Below, in pieces: positions 44,902 to 54,055 of a stretch of DNA of 64,000 nt. This stretch comes from a virus (Duplodnaviria > Caudoviricetes), in IMG/VR virus record IMGVR_UViG_3300020460_000012. One strand, given 5' to 3'. Both the position numbers and the translations under genes were made by a program. Positions within the stretch are counted from its first letter, which is position 1. The number at the start of each line of letters is the position of its first letter. The notes below the pieces were generated by a model that saw nothing but the letters and a program-made list of their open reading frames with translations, searched no databases and was not told the origin of the DNA.

Positions 44902-45627
44902 TTAGTTTTGTATTCTTTCAGTAACCAGAACGTGTTTGTCATTTTCGAATGTAAGTTTGTTACCGTACTTAGTGATATTGTAATCGCCAATATACTTGCT
45001 TAAAAAAATAATTTCTGCAAAGTCATTAGCATTAAAAGACTCTTTGATACTATCTAAAGTCTCTTGTGTAGGACCAAAATCTACAACTTTAAATTGTATA
45101 GGATCAGCCCATTTCTTTTTAAGTGTTAAAGTTGTTTTTCTTAGCTCAACAGATTCTAAATAACTTTTATTAAAAAAGTTTTTATAATTGTTAATACTAT
45201 TTTCATTTACTGAAACACTAATTCCATAGTCGTCGGCACTAGTAGGTATATTTTCATCTAATGCTTCTTGTGTAAGATCTAAACTACGAAAATTTTTGTA
45301 ATAACGGAATCTAAAATCATCACGTCCTGTTAGATTTTTCATGCCATCGGCTAATTCCATAATTTGCTCACCAGCTTTCTTGGATCTTTCTAATTCTACG
45401 AATACTTTATATGTGCCATCATTTTGCTCACTATTTGTAGAGTCAGCATCTAATACAAAAGTATATCCTCTTTCTAAAAATTCTTCAAGATCTTTTGCTG
45501 ATTCTTTTGTAATTGTGCTAATTGCTACAGTTACAATATCTTTGTCATCACCCATTTTTGATTTGTATGAATCTATTTCTAAAATGCTATCAACTAAATC
45601 TTTTAAATCGTTTTGTTGTAGTGTCAT
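44902..45627 (-). CDS. Hypothetical phage protein
   Basis: 241-aa ORF containing IDSYKSKMG. Confidence 0.7.
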   Translation of the reverse strand: MTLQQNDLKDLVDSILEIDSYKSKMGDDKDIVTVAISTITKESAKDLEEFLERGYTFVLDADSTNSEQNDGTYKVFVELERSKKAGEQIMELADGMKNLTGRDDFRFRYYKNFRSLDLTQEALDENIPTSADDYGISVSVNENSINNYKNFFNKSYLESVELRKTTLTLKKKWADPIQFKVVDFGPTQETLDSIKESFNANDFAEIIFLSKYIGDYNITKYGNKLTFENDKHVLVTERIQN

Positions 45628-46127
45628 TATACTGCCGCCTCCTCAGGTGCTTCTGCAGTTTCGTCTGCTGTTTGTTGTGGTGCTGGAGGAGCTACATTAA
45701 TCATATTTTGCTCTGTATATCCTGTGTAGATATCAGCAATAAGTTTTTTTGGCATTTGTATTTGTACAATCCAGATAGGTTTTCTGTCAAGTTTACCCTT
45801 TTTTGTGCCTGGTCTAATATCATCTGGGCTTTCTATTTTCCTTGGTACTACTAAGTGTGATTTTTGGTATGAAACTTTACAATCATAGTCAAGTAATCGC
45901 TTGCCACCCGTAGGATCAGGCATTTCAGTTCTTGGCCACATAAATGAACAAGTTACCCAATGTCTATCTATATTCGGACCAGAACATAATTCGCCATCTT
46001 TCCAATTAGAGTAAACATATAGATCTAATTCGTCTAATACTCTTTCATAGTCTTTCAGTACTTGGAAAGAAGTATTATTGTCGTATATCGACTCAATGTT
46101 TTTAATAATATCTACTACATCTTGCAT
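45627..46127 (-). CDS. Hypothetical phage protein
   Basis: 166-aa ORF preceded by GATAAATA; contains MPDPTGG. Confidence 0.7.
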   Translation of the reverse strand: MQDVVDIIKNIESIYDNNTSFQVLKDYERVLDELDLYVYSNWKDGELCSGPNIDRHWVTCSFMWPRTEMPDPTGGKRLLDYDCKVSYQKSHLVVPRKIESPDDIRPGTKKGKLDRKPIWIVQIQMPKKLIADIYTGYTEQNMINVAPPAPQQTADETAEAPEEAAV

Positions 46128-46289
46128 TTTAAATATTCCAAGCTTTTCTGTTCTATACTTATTTATCGACTTTTTAGAGTTAACTTACCTTTTTTCGGTG
46201 ATCCTTAACATACTAAATATTAGTGTAGGGACGTTTAGCCTCTACGGTTGAACGACTTACTTCTTTAATATCCCAAAGGAGGACAATTT

Positions 46290-47015
46290 ATGGGTGCAAA
46301 ACGAGCCTCTCGTAAGAGACATAACTCAAGCAATAACTACAGCAATGTAGTAGAACTCAACACATATCAAAAACAACGAAACGTTACAATAATTCCCCGA
46401 AATAAAAATCAAGAAACTTATGTTTTAAAACTGTTAGATGACACCAAGGACATAGTCTTTGGAATCGGTCCGGCTGGTACAGGAAAAACACTACTAGCAG
46501 TTCAGGTCGCAGTAAAATTATTTAAGGCAGGCGTTATTGATAAAATTATTGTAACTAGACCAGCAGTCTCAGCTGATGAAGATCTAGGGTTTTTACCTGG
46601 TACATTAGAACAAAAAATGGCACCATGGACAAGACCTATATTCGATGTTTTAAGAGAATATTTTCAAGCAAGGGAAATAGAAGGTATGATTGATGAAGGC
46701 ATCATTGAAATTGCGCCATTAGCATATATGCGTGGGCGTACTTTTAAACACAGCTTTATTTTAGCTGATGAGATGCAAAATGCTACCCCTAATCAAATGA
46801 AAATGTTACTAACTAGACTTGGCGAAGGAAGCCAAATGGCTGTAACAGGCGATTTAGCACAAGCTGATCGCTTGAATGAAAACGGCTTAATTGACTTTGC
46901 TCGCAAGCTAACAAATAGTAACCTTAGCCATTTGGACATAGTCCACTTCGCTCAAGGAGATATTGAGCGACATCAAGCAGTTAAGGAGGTCCTGGAAATA
47001 TACGGAGATGAATGA
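46290..47015 (+). CDS. phoH: PhoH family ATPase
   Basis: GPAGTGKT, TRPAV..LGFLPG, MRGRTF, DEMQN and TGDLAQAD motifs; GGAGG SD. Confidence 0.95.
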   Translation: MGAKRASRKRHNSSNNYSNVVELNTYQKQRNVTIIPRNKNQETYVLKLLDDTKDIVFGIGPAGTGKTLLAVQVAVKLFKAGVIDKIIVTRPAVSADEDLGFLPGTLEQKMAPWTRPIFDVLREYFQAREIEGMIDEGIIEIAPLAYMRGRTFKHSFILADEMQNATPNQMKMLLTRLGEGSQMAVTGDLAQADRLNENGLIDFARKLTNSNLSHLDIVHFAQGDIERHQAVKEVLEIYGDE

Positions 47016-47016
47016 A

Positions 47017-47044
47017 AATAGTGGGGGAGAAATCCCCCACTATT
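47017..47044. terminator. Bidirectional hairpin terminator
   Basis: Perfect 12-bp stem AATAGTGGGGGA-GAAA-TCCCCCACTATT between convergent genes. Confidence 0.85.
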
Positions 47045-47123
47045 AATCCGGAAATAGGTGTATCACTATCATAGCAAATACGATGTATGCTATACCTATA
47101 ATTATAGGACTTAATTCACCCAT
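47043..47123 (-). CDS. 26-aa membrane peptide (not in ORF track)
   Basis: MGELSPIIIGIAYIVFAMIVIHLFPD, starting 3 nt after the pqqA stop. Confidence 0.5.
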   Translation of the reverse strand: MGELSPIIIGIAYIVFAMIVIHLFPD

Positions 47124-47126
47124 CAC

Positions 47127-47198
47127 TTAGTTGCTCTTAGCATACATTGTGATTTCGAAGCCAAGTCTTATATTTTCATACGTTGGTTTTGTCCACAT
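47127..47198 (-). CDS. pqqA: Coenzyme PQQ precursor peptide (not in ORF track)
   Basis: AGGAG SD; [23 protein letters not shown] matches PqqA MWxKP..RxGFExTxY including the ExxxY pair. Confidence 0.92.
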   Translation of the reverse strand: MWTKPTYENIRLGFEITMYAKSN

Positions 47199-47397
47199 AG
47201 TTTTTCTCCTGTGCAATTTTAAAGAGATCTTCGGCAGCACAATGTGGTGCAGACCTACAATCTCTTAGGTTTCTCTGGAATCTAAGAGGATCTATAAAGT
47301 TCATAGGTTGTGGATCATCGTAGTATTCCAAAAAATCTGTTGGGCCAGGTGTATGGCAACCGGCTAGTAAAAAACAAACTAATAAAAGTTTTTTCAT
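47176..47397 (-). CDS. Lipoprotein
   Basis: [14 protein letters not shown] lipobox. Confidence 0.75.
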   Translation of the reverse strand: MKKLLLVCFLLAGCHTPGPTDFLEYYDDPQPMNFIDPLRFQRNLRDCRSAPHCAAEDLFKIAQEKNYVDKTNV

Positions 47398-47567
47398 CTA
47401 ATCATCCTTTGTTGTATTTCTCTATAATTCATGCTAACATTAGGCCTTAAACTCTGCATGAAGATATCTTGATTTCTCATAGTTTGCATAGACCAGTCTT
47501 GTGCCGACCTTTCTGGCAAATTACTACAGCCAGTTAATAAAATACATGTAAGTATTAGTCTTTTCAT
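47394..47567 (-). CDS. 57-aa lipoprotein (not in ORF track)
   Basis: MKRLILTCILLTGC lipobox; ATGA overlaps at both ends. Confidence 0.75.
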   Translation of the reverse strand: MKRLILTCILLTGCSNLPERSAQDWSMQTMRNQDIFMQSLRPNVSMNYREIQQRMIR

Positions 47568-48862
47568 TTTTCTGCTAACATCCTTTGAGCTTTTAGCTCA
47601 TTGTATCCTTCCTCATCTAAGTGTGTAATTGCAAGCCAGGCATGAGTCATTTCATCTCCTGTCCTACTACCACCCATTACCCACATGTCAGGATCAGGAT
47701 TGTTTGGGTTATTTGCGGTATTGTCATACCACTGCTTCAATATAATAACTGCACCTGCAGGTATTAATGGGGCTACATGTGGTTCAAATAAATGACTGTG
47801 ATGCCATGTTGCACTCCAATTAGATATTTGACTCACAGGTTCTGTACGACCAGTTTCTGGATAAAATATTTCTAAACTAGCCGCATTCATTCTCAAATGT
47901 CCATGTGGTTGAAAGCTATCTAAACGCACAGGATGATCAAAACTGTGGAAACCTTGTGTCATATGATAGCCATGTGGAGGAATAACGATATCGTCTTGAT
48001 TGCCTAGCCGATATAAACTTAAATCTTGTTTGTATTTCAGTTCTTGGCTTTCCTCTTCGCTGTATAACCAAAGTCCAATTTCCACCACGTTGTCTTTGAT
48101 AACTGTACCTGGAGCCATTGTTCCTAAACCGCCAGGAAACATATGTATGTCCCAACGAACTTGTGAATTTGCAGGAAGTGTTCTGCAAACTCCTTCCGGG
48201 ACAATCTCTCCCCACTTTCCCATAGCGTATTCCGTAAGCATACCTTCACGACCTCCATCAATAACTACATTAGAATTAGCATGATGAACTACAGACTTTG
48301 CATCGCCTCTAGGTTTTACTTGCACTGCTTTAATACATCTGTCTTCTGTGAGTCCTGTTGGTACTAGATGCTTGTGCCACAGATCGTTACCACTTGCTGG
48401 AATATCTATAGGAACGCTAGGAATTATTAGATTCGGTGGACCAAAGTCTCCAGCAAAATTCCATTGGTCTGGATCAGCAAGATTAGGAGGTTGTACGACT
48501 ATGTCGGTATCTCCGTATTGGGAGCCTGAGTCTACCCAAGCTACTATTGTATCTATTTCTTTTTGTGACAGTCGCCAATCACCTTGTAGGTCTTGTATGC
48601 CTATTCCGTGGTCGTAAGCATACGGAGGCATTTCTCTACTAGCTACTTTCATTTTAATTAATGGTGCCCAAGGACGAACTTGTTCGTAGCCCTCAAAACT
48701 CATAGGGCCTATACCGCCTGGTCTATGACATATTAAGCAATTATTATTGATTATCTTTGCTACATCATCTGTGTAAGTTTGTGCATGCACTCCAGATGTA
48801 AAATACATCAAGCCCATAAGCACAAGTAGGTCTATCGCCAATAAGGATTTGTTCGTTTTCAC
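47564..48862 (-). CDS. Secreted c-type heme / copper type II ascorbate-dependent monooxygenase-like protein
   Basis: Signal peptide, CLICH heme motif, VVHHAN, PHGH and GDEM Cu ligands of the PHM/DBH family. Confidence 0.8.
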   Translation of the reverse strand: MKTNKSLLAIDLLVLMGLMYFTSGVHAQTYTDDVAKIINNNCLICHRPGGIGPMSFEGYEQVRPWAPLIKMKVASREMPPYAYDHGIGIQDLQGDWRLSQKEIDTIVAWVDSGSQYGDTDIVVQPPNLADPDQWNFAGDFGPPNLIIPSVPIDIPASGNDLWHKHLVPTGLTEDRCIKAVQVKPRGDAKSVVHHANSNVVIDGGREGMLTEYAMGKWGEIVPEGVCRTLPANSQVRWDIHMFPGGLGTMAPGTVIKDNVVEIGLWLYSEEESQELKYKQDLSLYRLGNQDDIVIPPHGYHMTQGFHSFDHPVRLDSFQPHGHLRMNAASLEIFYPETGRTEPVSQISNWSATWHHSHLFEPHVAPLIPAGAVIILKQWYDNTANNPNNPDPDMWVMGGSRTGDEMTHAWLAITHLDEEGYNELKAQRMLAEK

Positions 48863-48905
48863 GCATGTTACCTCGCTATGTTAGGATATAAAAATATTTA
48901 TAATT

Positions 48906-48934
48906 AGTATATTATAAAATCAAGAGATTTGCAA
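48906..48934 (-). promoter_or_regulatory. Sigma70-like promoter
   Basis: TTGCAA-17-TATACT upstream of the monooxygenase. Confidence 0.5.
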
Positions 48935-48950
48935 GCGTTGTTACAAAAGA

Positions 48951-49673
48951 TTACAATTTAGTATCGTTTGAATCTACTTTAAAGATTTTCTTTTCTGTCA
49001 TAAATTTCCTCCAACCTTTGAAAGTCATAGAAAATAAAGAATTTATTGCGTTTAATCTATCCAAAGTAGATGTTCTTACTTTTCCTGTACGTGCAGTTAC
49101 AACTTGTCTTTGAAAAGGAATAGCTTGCACTATAGGCGTGCCTTGTTTTATTAAAAATTGCTTATGTTCTTTTACCATTATATTGATAGGAGATACAAGG
49201 GCACCTTTATCATGGTCTATTACGCCTGGTACAGCTTCAAAATTTTGATCTTCATGATATAGCATAGGCAAATACAATATACTCCAATTTTTTTCAGCAT
49301 ATGTAAGCCACGGATTATCAAGTTTAATTGGTGTTCTTACTTTAAATTTAGTATCTAAAAAATCGCCAATTTGATCTTTATAATGCACTGCATGGGTATT
49401 ATTTGGATCACTATATCTTACAAACATCTCATCGTTATTTGGAATAAATTCCATATCACACCATGCTGGAATAACGTAACCTAAGCCTATATAGTCTTGT
49501 ATTCCAGGACAAATTTTTACTGAAAAAATATCGTCAATTCTATGGTCACCTTCTTTAATTTTAATTGGTAAATTTCTAAATTTTTCAGGGACAAATTCTG
49601 AAGCAGGCTTTATTGGAGCAAACTTTCTTACTGCATAATTATTTGTTTCGAAATATATTTGTGGTTTTGCCAT
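48951..49673 (-). CDS. Hypothetical protein (dUTPase-like beta fold, DUF6065-like)
   Basis: KICPGIQDY..GYVIPAW, KLDNPW, PGVID and GTPIVQAIPF pattern. Confidence 0.55.
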   Translation of the reverse strand: MAKPQIYFETNNYAVRKFAPIKPASEFVPEKFRNLPIKIKEGDHRIDDIFSVKICPGIQDYIGLGYVIPAWCDMEFIPNNDEMFVRYSDPNNTHAVHYKDQIGDFLDTKFKVRTPIKLDNPWLTYAEKNWSILYLPMLYHEDQNFEAVPGVIDHDKGALVSPINIMVKEHKQFLIKQGTPIVQAIPFQRQVVTARTGKVRTSTLDRLNAINSLFSMTFKGWRKFMTEKKIFKVDSNDTKL

Positions 49674-50350
49674 TAAAGATCATCTATTAATGGAAATATT
49701 TCTGCAATTATTTTAGCACACTCTTTTGCTATTTCCATATGTTCCTTTTGTGTGCCATTTGCACTTCTAAGATCAATGTAATGTACCCAACTACGTAATG
49801 TGCCGTTCATGTAAAGTCTTGTTTTTGTTAAACCTTCAGGTAAAACTTTACGTGCAACTTCTTTGGCTATACCTGCTTTAATAGCCCAATCATATGCTCT
49901 GCCTGCTGTAAAAATTACATCTTGTTGTAGTTCTTCCCACCGATTTATAAGCTCTGGCATACCGTCATCAGCTAGATTAATTTCTATACTATTTTGTCTA
50001 TTCTTTTTATCTTGTAATCTAGCTTCACTTGTTACAAAATACTCGCCTTGTTCTTTTGGTTCTGCATACCTTTGAGAAAATTCTTGAAATGCAAAACTAC
50101 GATGCCTTACAATTTGGTGTGCAATATCTCTAGTAGTGTCAATCTCTAGAACGGCATTTACCATTTCAAGTGGAGACCAGTGTTGATGCTTAATTAAATA
50201 TTTAATTAGCTTCTCACTCGTTTCACTATTAATTTGTGCAGAAGGATTACTTACTCTAGCACAAAACGCAATTAAGTCTTGTACATTCTCTAATCCTTCA
50301 TTTAAAAATTCTTTGCTAGGTGCTGTGTAGCTTACTAATCTAATGGCCAA
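49673..50350 (-). CDS. thyX: FAD-dependent thymidylate synthase
   Basis: RHRSFAFQEFSQRY (RHRx7S), HWSPLE and LRSW motifs. Confidence 0.95.
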   Translation of the reverse strand: MAIRLVSYTAPSKEFLNEGLENVQDLIAFCARVSNPSAQINSETSEKLIKYLIKHQHWSPLEMVNAVLEIDTTRDIAHQIVRHRSFAFQEFSQRYAEPKEQGEYFVTSEARLQDKKNRQNSIEINLADDGMPELINRWEELQQDVIFTAGRAYDWAIKAGIAKEVARKVLPEGLTKTRLYMNGTLRSWVHYIDLRSANGTQKEHMEIAKECAKIIAEIFPLIDDL

Positions 50351-50517
50351 GGGGCTTCTCCTTTTAGTTCCTCTATCCTTCTTTTCAAAAATCCAATCGT
50401 TGTATGGATATGTCCAGTATCATGTTCGCGTAGTAGTGTTTTATAGTATTCTATTTCTTCTTCTATTACATCTATACGTACAATATCATTTATAAGTTTT
50501 TTGTGTTTAGTCTCCAC
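50335..50517 (-). CDS. Hypothetical protein
   Basis: 60-aa ORF containing TGHIHT; coupled on both sides. Confidence 0.6.
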   Translation of the reverse strand: METKHKKLINDIVRIDVIEEEIEYYKTLLREHDTGHIHTTIGFLKRRIEELKGEAPWPLD

Positions 50518-50845
50518 GACCTGGTTCCTCCGAAAAGTACTTCATCTTATCTTCAACCTCTGCCCATTCACTTGCATCTTCAGGAACATCTTCAGGACGT
50601 ATTTGTGTTATATTAGGCCAAATTAAACTATACTTTTCATTTAAGTCAAATATTTTTTGTGTTGATTCGTGATCTTGAACTATTGCATCTACAGGACACT
50701 CAGGCACACATACTCCGCAATCTATACATTCATCTGGATTGATAACAAGCATATTCTCACCCTCGTAAAAACAATCCACAGGGCATACTTCTACACAATC
50801 CATATGCTTGCACTTAATGCAATTTTCATTTACTAGATACGTCAT
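50507..50845 (-). CDS. fdxA: Ferredoxin (FdxA 7Fe-type)
   Basis: [18 protein letters not shown] and [12 protein letters not shown]; acidic C-terminal extension as in proteobacterial FdxA. Confidence 0.92.
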   Translation of the reverse strand: MTYLVNENCIKCKHMDCVEVCPVDCFYEGENMLVINPDECIDCGVCVPECPVDAIVQDHESTQKIFDLNEKYSLIWPNITQIRPEDVPEDASEWAEVEDKMKYFSEEPGRGD

Positions 50846-50852
50846 ACGTTAT

Positions 50853-51770
50853 TTACTTAATGCTAGCCAGTCTAATTAATGTAGCGGCTAAATTAATCTC
50901 AGGATCTGCAACTAATGTATGATCAACAAGTCCTTGTTTGATAAACAATACTGCTTGATCTTGATTTGCATCATCACCAAATAATTCTATATTGTCATAT
51001 AACCAACGATAAATTTCCTCCATCTCTTCTGGACGGACTGCTCCACATAAGAGCTTACGTGCTTCTTGTATTTTTCCTGCTTTAAATAATTCGACCATGT
51101 CAAGCTTCCAGTCAGCTTCACCTGTGTCGCCTTCATTTGGTCTTAACAAGCTACCATCTTGACAGTTCATTTGTACTGTGTTAATGCACTTACGTAAATC
51201 AGGATATGTTGCTTTGACATACGTATCAAGAGTATCTAAATCAGGAGTAACACCTTCAGTAATAAGAATTTCGGCTACTCTTGCTGTAAATTCTGTTTGA
51301 TCAATTTTTGCTATATGGAATCCTTGGCACCGACTATGTAATGCAGGTATTACACGATTAGGATAGTTGCAAGTAAGAATGAATCGAGCAGTAGTATGAT
51401 ACTCTTCCATAACACCACGCAACGCCGCTTGAGCGTTAGGGGATAAGTAATCAGCCTCGTCTAGTAATACGACTTTAAAATCACCAAACGGAATCATCTG
51501 TACAAAGTTGACAATTTTATCACGAACATCGTCAACTGAGTTTGTTCGTGATGCGTTTATTTCTAATATATCTAAATCATTTATTTCAAGTTCATTGAAT
51601 AATAATTTTGCAAGTGTAGTTTTGCCAATACCAGCATTTCCGCTAAACAATAAATGGGGAATAGTCTTATCTTTTATCCAAGTTTTTACCTGAGCCTTTT
51701 GTGCTTCATCTCTAAAAACATAACCATCTACAGTTTTAGGACGATACTTTTCTACCCATAAATCTTTCAT
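50853..51770 (-). CDS. Clamp loader AAA+ subunit (RFC small / gp44-like)
   Basis: WVEKYRP, GNAGIGKT, LDEAD and SRC motifs. Confidence 0.92.
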   Translation of the reverse strand: MKDLWVEKYRPKTVDGYVFRDEAQKAQVKTWIKDKTIPHLLFSGNAGIGKTTLAKLLFNELEINDLDILEINASRTNSVDDVRDKIVNFVQMIPFGDFKVVLLDEADYLSPNAQAALRGVMEEYHTTARFILTCNYPNRVIPALHSRCQGFHIAKIDQTEFTARVAEILITEGVTPDLDTLDTYVKATYPDLRKCINTVQMNCQDGSLLRPNEGDTGEADWKLDMVELFKAGKIQEARKLLCGAVRPEEMEEIYRWLYDNIELFGDDANQDQAVLFIKQGLVDHTLVADPEINLAATLIRLASIK

Positions 51771-51785
51771 TTATTGTTCTTCCTG

Positions 51786-51872
51786 TTATATTAATATTAT
51801 ATATGATATAGCTAATATGGAGACACCTAATATGAAGCTCGCACTTGCTAAAGCGTAAAAGAAACTGCTCAT
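51786..51872 (-). CDS. 28-aa membrane peptide (not in ORF track)
   Basis: MSSFFYALASASFILGVSILAISYIILI; ATGA overlap. Confidence 0.5.
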   Translation of the reverse strand: MSSFFYALASASFILGVSILAISYIILI

Positions 51873-52405
51873 CTTTTTATACCTAATTCTTTATATGCTT
51901 CTTGCACAGATTTTGCTTGAAAATAAGAGTCTGCAAGAGCATTGTGAAGATCACTTTGCATTTTCTTTCTTGGATCTTCTTTACAACAACTAAACAGTGT
52001 TCGGCTATCCTTTATTTGCCAAAACTGCCAGGGAATCGGACGATCGAAGTTCCTGTATAGATCTTCTAGAATTGTTATGTCAAAACCATAACCATGACCC
52101 CATATTACGTCTGTACCAACTAACCATTTGGTTAATTGATCTAGCATAAGATCTATGTTCATACGACCATCTGAAGAAAATGCTTCTTCCATTACCTTAG
52201 GGTCTTGTTTACTCCACCATTCAATGGTGCTATCTGAAGTAGTTCGACCAGCATCGTGTTGCTGATCTATATCTGGCTTAATGTATAATTCAGAATGAGG
52301 TTCATCATTTGTTATAGGATTAAATTTTACTGCGCCTAAACTTAATATCTGACAACTTGGTTTAGTATCAAGTGTCTCTAAATCAATCATTGCATGTGTA
52401 GTCAT
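51869..52405 (-). CDS. DEDDh 3'-5' exonuclease (DexA/RNase AS-like)
   Basis: MIDLETL, FDITIL and HNALAD motifs. Confidence 0.88.
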   Translation of the reverse strand: MTTHAMIDLETLDTKPSCQILSLGAVKFNPITNDEPHSELYIKPDIDQQHDAGRTTSDSTIEWWSKQDPKVMEEAFSSDGRMNIDLMLDQLTKWLVGTDVIWGHGYGFDITILEDLYRNFDRPIPWQFWQIKDSRTLFSCCKEDPRKKMQSDLHNALADSYFQAKSVQEAYKELGIKR

Positions 52406-52406
52406 T

Positions 52407-52532
52407 CTAAGCCAACTTTGTTAAAATTACGATTTGTAGTATTAATACAACAATAGGAACAATAGTTCTAATAAGTTCCATTGTATGATTGTATTCGTCT
52501 AATTTTCTTTCTAGCCTGTTTCTTCTTGCCAT
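52407..52532 (-). CDS. 41-aa membrane peptide
   Basis: MARRNRLE...IVPIVVLILQIVIL; TAATG coupling. Confidence 0.55.
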   Translation of the reverse strand: MARRNRLERKLDEYNHTMELIRTIVPIVVLILQIVILTKLA

Positions 52533-52693
52533 TAACCCTTCCTGTTTTCTTGCCCAATTCCTGTAATTATTAAAAATACATATAGAATAGGCCATGCCCA
52601 ACCAGTAAGATATCCAGTCACATGAAGAACCATTAGCACTATTCCAGTTAATCCGGTTGTGCCTAAACCGCTAAGTTGTGTGGGTAATTTCAT
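52532..52693 (-). CDS. 53-aa two-TM peptide (not in ORF track)
   Basis: GAGGAG SD; MKITHTQLSGLGTTGLTGIVLMVLHVTGYLTGWAWPILYVFLII... Confidence 0.6.
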   Translation of the reverse strand: MKLPTQLSGLGTTGLTGIVLMVLHVTGYLTGWAWPILYVFLIITGIGQENRKG

Positions 52694-52716
52694 AGCTACT
52701 CCTCATTAATATTACT

Positions 52717-52745
52717 ATTATAACTTAAATTTTGGAGTTTGTCAA
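52717..52745 (-). promoter_or_regulatory. Sigma70-like promoter
   Basis: TTGACA-17-TATAAT. Confidence 0.75.
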
Positions 52746-52754
52746 GCGTTTTTG

Positions 52755-53165
52755 TTATAAATCGCCTTCTTTTCTGTTTTCGGAGTAGTAAGCATCAAAG
52801 TCTCCGCCTGGGTAACGTGCTTTTAGCTTATCTATATTCATTTGGATAACCTCATTTGGATCAATATCAAGAGCCATGCACCCTTGCATCCAATACCACA
52901 TAATATCACCTAGCTCACGTTGCATGTGCCAAATGTTATCTTTGTCCAAAGGTTTTCCTTGGAAAACAATTTTTTTGATTATTTCTGTAAATTCTCCTGC
53001 TTCGGCACTAAGTCCTAAACAAGCTGTTAATAGTCTAGGCATATCAGTAGTGCGTTCATTTTGCAAACCGTTCCAACGCATTTGAAAATCGCTATTATTT
53101 TTACTTTCAGTGCTAGTTACTGCATCAACGAATTCTTGATACTTGTTGAGATCAATATTTTTCAA
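52755..53165 (-). CDS. mazG: MazG-like NTP pyrophosphohydrolase
   Basis: EAGEF...RELGDIMWY motif. Confidence 0.88.
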   Translation of the reverse strand: MKNIDLNKYQEFVDAVTSTESKNNSDFQMRWNGLQNERTTDMPRLLTACLGLSAEAGEFTEIIKKIVFQGKPLDKDNIWHMQRELGDIMWYWMQGCMALDIDPNEVIQMNIDKLKARYPGGDFDAYYSENRKEGDL

Positions 53166-53179
53166 GGTAGCCTCTTTCT

Positions 53180-53590
53180 TTAATGGTGTAATGCTGGTTC
53201 AAAAGTTGAAGGTATACTTAATGACTCTCCTTGACCAACTTCGGTGCCAATGTTAACACCAGCTGGTTTTTCGTTGCTATAAGCAAGTATACTATCTAGC
53301 TCAACTTTACGTACTTCTAATTCTTCTGTATCGGTATTAACCTTTAGACCTCTAGTCCAACGTCCATGCGATACTAGAATCCAATCGCCTTCGTTGTATG
53401 GATCTTTATTGCGAGGGCCTTTACTATATACTCTGCCCCATCTTGGATATATTCCACGTGTTGTAGCATCATCACTGCTAATAATTAATCCACTTGCCGT
53501 AGTTTGCTCACCAAACCACATATCTACGACTAGTACGTCTTCGCCTTTGGCGCGGATATTTCCTTTAATTGCATTAATGTTTTGAGCCAT
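53180..53590 (-). CDS. groES: GroES-like co-chaperonin
   Basis: EQTTASGLII mobile loop, GRVYSKG and GDWILV motifs. Confidence 0.75.
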   Translation of the reverse strand: MAQNINAIKGNIRAKGEDVLVVDMWFGEQTTASGLIISSDDATTRGIYPRWGRVYSKGPRNKDPYNEGDWILVSHGRWTRGLKVNTDTEELEVRKVELDSILAYSNEKPAGVNIGTEVGQGESLSIPSTFEPALHH

Positions 53591-53592
53591 TT

Positions 53593-54027
53593 TTAGTCAC
53601 CTTGCTTTTTTACAAAATTGCCGTCTGCGTCTTCGATCCATTCATCATCTGCTTCAGCCTCAGCCATCATTTCTTGTTCTTCTTCAGTGAGTTCTGGTTG
53701 AGCTTCTACTACAGGATCTGCTTTTACTTTAACTTTTTTAGTTTTTTTAGCTACTGCAGGTTGTTGCTCTTCTTGTACAACTTCTTGTGTTGGTTCAGGA
53801 GCACCTGATTCGTGTGAAACAGTACCTGCTGTTGCATAATGTTCTGCAACAATTTCTTCACGCTTACGGATAATTTTACCTCCTGGTCCTAATTCGTCAC
53901 CACGTGCATTTACCCTAGCATTTCCTACTGCTGGTGTAAGTTCATTACGTTTGCGAAGTAGATCCATGTCGACAACTTTACCACGTAGGCTTCTAATTTG
54001 TTTTTTACCACCTGATACTTTTGACAT
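53593..54027 (-). CDS. Hypothetical phage protein
   Basis: Contains RSLRGKVVDM and NARGDELGPGG; acidic C-terminus. Confidence 0.7.
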   Translation of the reverse strand: MSKVSGGKKQIRSLRGKVVDMDLLRKRNELTPAVGNARVNARGDELGPGGKIIRKREEIVAEHYATAGTVSHESGAPEPTQEVVQEEQQPAVAKKTKKVKVKADPVVEAQPELTEEEQEMMAEAEADDEWIEDADGNFVKKQGD

Positions 54028-54055
54028 ATGTTTGCCTCCTTTATTATATACTTAC

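Noticed and set aside
47564-48862. Monooxygenase acting as an amidating enzyme on the PqqA peptide
   Set aside because: PHM needs a C-terminal Gly, whereas PqqA ends in Ser-Asn, and the enzyme is exported while PqqA is cytoplasmic.
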